Shown here piece after piece: positions 36,151-40,826 of a stretch of 40,826 bases of DNA. Where the stretch lies: the NCBI GenBank assembly GCA_048882485.1, contig JBHLRP010000028.1:1-40826 (forward strand), read 5' to 3'. The DNA comes from Candidatus Thorarchaeota archaeon. GTDB lineage: Archaea; Asgardarchaeota; Thorarchaeia; Thorarchaeales; Thorarchaeaceae. Below the pieces are notes generated by a model. It was not told the DNA's origin. It did not search any database and saw only the letters and a program-made list of their open reading frames with translations. Positions within the stretch are counted from its first letter, which is position 1. Each line of letters opens with the position of its first letter. Made by a program: the position numbers and the translations under genes.

Positions 36151-37503
36151 ATGGAACGACGAAACGTCATTGTTGGCGAGAAGCCGGTTGTGTCCATGGA
36201 CATCGAGGAAGGAAAAGTCAAACTCGAATGGAAAACTTCTCTTCTGAAGAAAACACTCGACCATGCAATTGACAAGTGCGTGGGCTGTAGTCTATGTCTC
36301 CCCTGCCCTTGGGAGGCAATTACGCTCGGACCAGTTCAAGAAACTGCAGCAGGAAGAATCGAAGGAGCTCCATTGGTGAATGTTGATCCTGATCTCTGCA
36401 CGTTTTGCGGACTTTGCGACTCTTCTTGCATCTTCAAGGCTTTTGAGGCCAAGTATGAAGGCGAGGGAGCAGTCAACGACTTTGTTGACATCGACGGTGT
36501 TCATACCATAGATGATGAGAAATGCGCCCCATGTCTTCTCTGTGAAAAAGTCTGCCCAACTGGTTCCCTACAAGCTGAAGTCAAGGTCGACTGGAAGAAG
36601 GACCTAGTCAAGTACGAAGGCGAGGAGTCAGCTGAGGGTACGATAAAGATAGACGAGGACAAGTGTTCCCTATGTGGTCTTTGTGAACTCCTATGCCCTG
36701 AAGCCATCAAAATCTACTGGTCAGAGTCAGCTGAGCCGCCGGACTTCAGACCAGCAGTGAGTATCAGAGCCATCGATGAAGAATGCGACTACTGTGGATT
36801 GTGTGCAAAGATATGCCCAGATGAGGCGATTAATGTCGAATGCACTAAATCCAGCCCCAGAACCATCAAAGACCCAACCATATCAGGCGAACTACGGCAT
36901 AATGATGAAACCTGTGTCAAATGCGGACTCTGTGCTCAGGTCTGCCCGTATGATGCTCTTGAAGTCACAAAACCGTTCTCTGGAGAGGTTGTCGTCGCAA
37001 GGCGTGACAAGTGCGACCCTGTCGGCTGCCATAATTGCTTCAACATTTGCCCAGTCAAAGCCATCTATCCCACAGGAACCGATGAGAAGATTGACATAAC
37101 TGACAATTGCGTTTACTGTGGTGCATGTGAGCACTCCTGCCCATACGACGTGCTAGAAACTAAACGCGAGGGTTACAATGTTCAGCAACTCGAGAAAGTG
37201 CGCGAATGGGAGAAGGCAAGGAGGCTGTTCTTCGAAGCGGTCATTGGCAAAGATCCGCCCAAGAGTGGGCTCTTCGAGAGAGAGATAACTGTTCTCGCGG
37301 CTGAGAGGGCACGAGTCAATATACGAGAGGGGCAGGGATGGGAAGAGGATGATGCCATTCGTGAGAAGGCAATTAAAATCGCAAGGCACACACTGAACCT
37401 CCTGAAGTCAAGTCCTAGGTTAACCTTGCAAGTGGAAAGGGGTCAACTGGACAAGGTTGTTGAGAAGATCAAGGGGCCTCCAGCAGCGAGTCAAGAGAAG
37501 TGA
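36151..37503 (+). CDS. fwdF: Polyferredoxin, FwdF-like
   Basis: Eight CxxCxxC(xxx)CP-type motifs with FwdF-like spacing (CVGCSLC..CPWEAI.LGP; CDPVGCHNCFNICP); ATG 4 bp after the hdrA stop. Confidence 0.85.
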   Translation: MERRNVIVGEKPVVSMDIEEGKVKLEWKTSLLKKTLDHAIDKCVGCSLCLPCPWEAITLGPVQETAAGRIEGAPLVNVDPDLCTFCGLCDSSCIFKAFEAKYEGEGAVNDFVDIDGVHTIDDEKCAPCLLCEKVCPTGSLQAEVKVDWKKDLVKYEGEESAEGTIKIDEDKCSLCGLCELLCPEAIKIYWSESAEPPDFRPAVSIRAIDEECDYCGLCAKICPDEAINVECTKSSPRTIKDPTISGELRHNDETCVKCGLCAQVCPYDALEVTKPFSGEVVVARRDKCDPVGCHNCFNICPVKAIYPTGTDEKIDITDNCVYCGACEHSCPYDVLETKREGYNVQQLEKVREWEKARRLFFEAVIGKDPPKSGLFEREITVLAAERARVNIREGQGWEEDDAIREKAIKIARHTLNLLKSSPRLTLQVERGQLDKVVEKIKGPPAASQEK

Positions 37504-37867
37504 CTTTATCATCTGTCTTTGTAGCTGTAATCTTGATGCCATGCATCTTCGGGGGTGAACTATCTGCAGGTACTGCTACAAGAGAAAAGGCCCAAGGACC
37601 ACGAGGCATTGATGCCACACCATTCTCAAGTCGTTCATCAACATAACCACTCACAACGACTTGTGCAGTGTCCGATTTGATGGTGACAGAGCCACTCTCC
37701 TTGATGCCCAGTTTCTGGAAGTCACTCTTGCTGAAAGAAGCTCGAGCAGCGAGGTCTTGATACTCCTTTGACTTCTTGTCTTTTTCAGCTTCAATATCAA
37801 CCTCGAAGGAATGGGCTATCACTAATTTCAGTTCAAGATGTGGAAAGAGAAAATCGCCTAATGCCAT
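37469..37867 (-). CDS. fwdD: Formylmethanofuran dehydrogenase subunit D homolog (divergent)
   Basis: K.SKEY...AA......D.QKLGIK.G..V.IKS....VVV...MPRGPWA; N-terminal TGRT..QG motif absent. Confidence 0.8.
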   Translation of the reverse strand: MALGDFLFPHLELKLVIAHSFEVDIEAEKDKKSKEYQDLAARASFSKSDFQKLGIKESGSVTIKSDTAQVVVSGYVDERLENGVASMPRGPWAFSLVAVPADSSPPKMHGIKITATKTDDKVTSLDSLLEAP

Positions 37868-37893
37868 GACTGCTTCGCCTAGAGTGTAATCGG

Positions 37894-38460
37894 TTAGGTC
37901 AGACCACCTGCTTCTAGGATTTTAATAGCTAGTTCGAGGAAAGAAGCCTCAACATTATGGCCGGTCTTTGCCGAGGTTTCTAAAAAGCTCGTATGAACAC
38001 CGCGATCTCTAATCCGACCTGCCATAGCTTCGCCCTCCGCTGTGGTGACAATGGTCTGCTGCATCACTGGGTTGTCCTTGAACTGGTTTCTGAGGTCAAT
38101 CTTATTGCCTATCAGAACGATTGGTATCTTCTTACCTGCATTGTTCCAGCACTCGTCAAGCCAGTTTTCGATGTTGTCAAATGATGTACGTTCAACAGTG
38201 GAATAGACAGCCAATGCACCTTGTGCACCCCTATAGAATGTAGAACGTACATTCTTGAAGTGCTCTTGCCCGGCAAGATCCCAAATTTGAATGCTGACGT
38301 CATGTCCGCCCTCAAGGCTCATCTTCTTGACAGCGAAGTCAGCTCCAATGGTGATCATATAATTGGCTTTGAAGCCCTCACCCATATACTGTCGTCTAAG
38401 ACTTGTCTTCCCTACCGAGCCGTCGCCCATTAGGATCACTTTGAAGAGTGCTGTGACCAT
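37894..38460 (-). CDS. Rab-like small GTPase
   Basis: GDGSVGKT, TIGADF, WDLAGQE, FYRGA, GNKID, ETSAK; no prenylation motif. Confidence 0.95.
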   Translation of the reverse strand: MVTALFKVILMGDGSVGKTSLRRQYMGEGFKANYMITIGADFAVKKMSLEGGHDVSIQIWDLAGQEHFKNVRSTFYRGAQGALAVYSTVERTSFDNIENWLDECWNNAGKKIPIVLIGNKIDLRNQFKDNPVMQQTIVTTAEGEAMAGRIRDRGVHTSFLETSAKTGHNVEASFLELAIKILEAGGLT

Positions 38461-38605
38461 CTAAAGACCTCCTCGTGCCCATGTTCGGGGACTTAGGCGG
38501 TATTTTACGTTTGTGCTATTTGAGTCTATGCCGATTGAATGAACTGACAATTTTGACATAACCAAAGATACAAAGATGATTGCCGCATAGGTCTGATGAC
38601 CTGCA

Positions 38606-39250
38606 ATGGCGGACGATATTCTAGAGTATTGGATGGCTGAAGCGCGCGAACTTGCCTCAAGGTTCAATGTTGAGGAATTCGATAAGAGCTCGGCGTTCTG
38701 GAACTGGGACAATTTTGGGGAGGAGATTGTCAAGTTGAAGAAGGTGCTGGACCTGAAAGAAGGATATCTAGACATTCTTGGGCTTAGGGTCAATTTCGAA
38801 ACAGGCAAGACTGAGGACTTGTTGACCGGCAAGGAAATACATACCAGTCGCGTGATACCTCACCTATACTACTATACTAAAGCGAAAGACAAGGGCGTTG
38901 CCGGTGAGTGGTCGAAGTACAATGCACTTCAGGGGTCCTGGGCGTGTAGATTCTCCTTTGATGAGGAGGATGTCAAGTCACTGACCTCGGTTTTTGTAGA
39001 GAAGAAGGAGCAACTCTTCGAAACCTTGGAACGTCTTGGAGCAAAGAGGGTTGACCATGGAGATGCTGGTTTTGAGTTGGAATTCCTACCGAAAGTGAAA
39101 GTCCTACTCATATTCGAAGAGGCAGACGAGGAGTTTCCAGCCAGCGTTCGACTGCTGTACGACAAGAACTCGATATACTACCAACCCCATGAGATGCTCG
39201 GTAACATAAGTTGGTTCCTAGCTTCTCGAGTGTTCAAGGCTTTGGCGTAG
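38606..39250 (+). CDS. DUF3786-like protein
   Basis: LGA......GDA.F....LPKV.V..IF.EADEEFPAS.RLLYD pattern typical of DUF3786. Confidence 0.75.
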   Translation: MADDILEYWMAEARELASRFNVEEFDKSSAFWNWDNFGEEIVKLKKVLDLKEGYLDILGLRVNFETGKTEDLLTGKEIHTSRVIPHLYYYTKAKDKGVAGEWSKYNALQGSWACRFSFDEEDVKSLTSVFVEKKEQLFETLERLGAKRVDHGDAGFELEFLPKVKVLLIFEEADEEFPASVRLLYDKNSIYYQPHEMLGNISWFLASRVFKALA

Positions 39251-39344
39251 TAGCGATTAGGCGTAATTTATTGTTTTCTCATCAAATGATAGAGTCAGAT
39301 TCTCCTAAGAGCAAAGACATGGAGAGAGCAGCTTTCTCGACAAG

Positions 39345-40274
39345 TCATTTGCGAATCTTGGAATAGACTGCAATTCCTAATGCTAGGCAGAGTACGGAAA
39401 CGAGAGCAGTCACAAGTAGCAAGCCATCTCCATTTTCAATTGGGACTGTTGTTACTGATCCGCCGAGCTTATACAGAGTTGCAGCACCTGAACCTACGCA
39501 TGTCCAAAATGCACCGTCAAACCAGGTTAGACCGCTACTAGCACCATCCGTCTCCATAACGCCAATTGATCGTAGAGAGTTCCCGTAGGAATCAGCTGCT
39601 TCCCAAACATGAATTGCATCCAAGGAGGCTCCAGGCTTTGAGCAATAAATGACTCCATTCACCTCAACGTAGTCCTGGATGTTTTCCGAAGGTGGAGGTC
39701 TAATATCATTCAAGCGATTCTTGTCAAGGTCATAAACATAGAGATTACTGGTCCCGTAGTTTCCGATATAGACTCTCTCTAGTAGAGGAAGGATGCATAT
39801 TCCTCCCCAATTCACATTGCCAATGGAGCTGCTGTTAATCCACTCATCAATGAAAAGAAGGTCAGTATCATATCTGACAATCTTGGAGGGATTATTGGGA
39901 ACAAACCCTCTTTCTGAAAGAGGAATCCAAAGAAGTCCATCATAGAAGACCATCCCTCCACAATGATTGAGCGTGCCGTCGCGCACAAGCACTTCATCAA
40001 TGTAGGTTCCATTGGGGTATAGCTTGTATAGCCAAGCATCACCGTTGCCGAACACAGTTTCTGCAGTGCTGATGTAGAAATACTCTCCATCGGTAGCGAG
40101 CCCCTCCACTTCACTATCGGTGAACCATGTGAGTTCAATTGAGAGCTCGACCTCAGCTATGTTATGCACCACAGTTTGTGACTGCATCAAATGAATCGGA
40201 GAATTGCCAGCCTGCAAAATCAGCAGCAATCCGAGGACCAATGGTAATGCTGAATAGCGATGCACTTCTTGCAA
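39345..40274 (-). CDS. Secreted beta-propeller-like protein with C-terminal membrane anchor
   Basis: N-terminal hydrophobic signal; repeated blades (EGLATDGEYFYIS, GGMVFYDGLLWIP, SGLTWFDGAFW); C-terminal TM followed by KIRK. Confidence 0.7.
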   Translation of the reverse strand: MQEVHRYSALPLVLGLLLILQAGNSPIHLMQSQTVVHNIAEVELSIELTWFTDSEVEGLATDGEYFYISTAETVFGNGDAWLYKLYPNGTYIDEVLVRDGTLNHCGGMVFYDGLLWIPLSERGFVPNNPSKIVRYDTDLLFIDEWINSSSIGNVNWGGICILPLLERVYIGNYGTSNLYVYDLDKNRLNDIRPPPSENIQDYVEVNGVIYCSKPGASLDAIHVWEAADSYGNSLRSIGVMETDGASSGLTWFDGAFWTCVGSGAATLYKLGGSVTTVPIENGDGLLLVTALVSVLCLALGIAVYSKIRK

Positions 40275-40509
40275 CCAAGTAGAGCTCTTGGATTGATGCT
40301 CATAAGCTTTGCCGCGTGCACATATGCGTTAGCCAAGCCATTGTAGGTCAATTTACTTTCGGAAATCACTCCCCCTCGGCAGAGTCTCTCTGAGAGGACT
40401 TGGACTACCCGTAAAGACCACAACGAGTGGGGTTCCAATAATCTGGCCTGACTAACCAAGACACCGCTCATCACAACGCCGAACAATACGCCATTGATAG
40501 GGATGAAGC

Positions 40510-40770
40510 ATGGGAAGAACTGCACGAACGTTTAGAGAGCAGATTAGGATAGAAGAGTCCAGGTGGAAGGGATTCCGAAGGGTGCTAACGCCACAGGAAC
40601 GAGAAGCACTTGATCACATCTTTGACAGTGCCCGAGAGTATGCCGACGCTGGAACCATGATAGTGACACCACGCGTACTAGAGGTCGCCTTTGTGTCCAT
40701 GTTTCTCAATATGCGAAGCGAGATTGATGACCTACGTCAGAAGGTCGCTGAGTTAGAGAAGGATGTATGA
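40510..40770 (+). CDS. Small helical protein of the type encoded in PolB2 operons (arCOG07300-like)
   Basis: MGRT..TFR.....E..RW..FRR.L...ER...D.IF..AR.YA.AG pattern recalled for this family; ATGA overlap with the next ORF. Confidence 0.65.
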   Translation: MGRTARTFREQIRIEESRWKGFRRVLTPQEREALDHIFDSAREYADAGTMIVTPRVLEVAFVSMFLNMRSEIDDLRQKVAELEKDV

Positions 40771-40826
40771 TGAAGCAAGTCGGATGGCTCCTTGATGCCA
40801 CCGTCGACTACGAGAATCAGGCACTG
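40767..40826 (+). CDS. N-terminus of a probable B-family DNA polymerase (PolB2 type), truncated by the window
   Basis: MMKQVGWLLDATVDYENQAL; 'GWLLD' start and translational coupling to the preceding gene. Only 20 codons are visible. Confidence 0.5.
   Translation, partial: MMKQVGWLLDATVDYENQAL

Noticed and set aside
38578-38608. Hairpin AGGTC-TGAT-GACCT at the DUF3786 start
   Set aside because: A 5-bp stem is expected by chance and matches no riboswitch I recognise.
40220-40525. 101-aa minus-strand ORF
   Set aside because: Overlaps both neighbours and has no recognisable motif.

Overview
Archaeal chromosomal segment, very probably from an Asgard archaeon of the Thorarchaeota type. The evidence is two Rab-like GTPases, a Roadblock/LC7 protein, a WD40 propeller, an EF-2 paralog lacking the diphthamide histidine, and an archaeal-type CODH/ACS operon. 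From left to right: a partial DUF169-like gene; a 1693-aa secreted beta-helix/PxKF protein with internal DNA repeats; a TPR-like gene; a small Zn-ribbon membrane gene lying between two copies of the nrdD 3' end; a Trx-nrdD operon divergent from thyA; an Lrp regulator, an acetyltransferase and the EF-2 paralog; a signalling-type block (Roadblock, KaiB-like thioredoxin, two single-domain KaiC ATPases, a helical-repeat protein, a Rab-like GTPase, WD40, and a HEAT plus appendage-like protein); the Wood-Ljungdahl cdhABCDE cluster flanked by two cooC genes; an HdrA-MvhD/FwdF/FwdG-like/FwdB/FwdD set in which B and D look catalytically degenerate; a second Rab-like GTPase, DUF3786, a membrane-anchored propeller, and the start of a probable PolB2 operon. 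The best candidate for an undescribed system is the KaiB-like CxxC thioredoxin plus split KaiC pair next to Roadblock/GTPase/coat-like genes. The second is a detached copy of the NrdD glycyl-radical tail. All assignments come from motif recognition by eye; no searches were run. No rRNA, tRNA, true CRISPR array or transposase was recognised.
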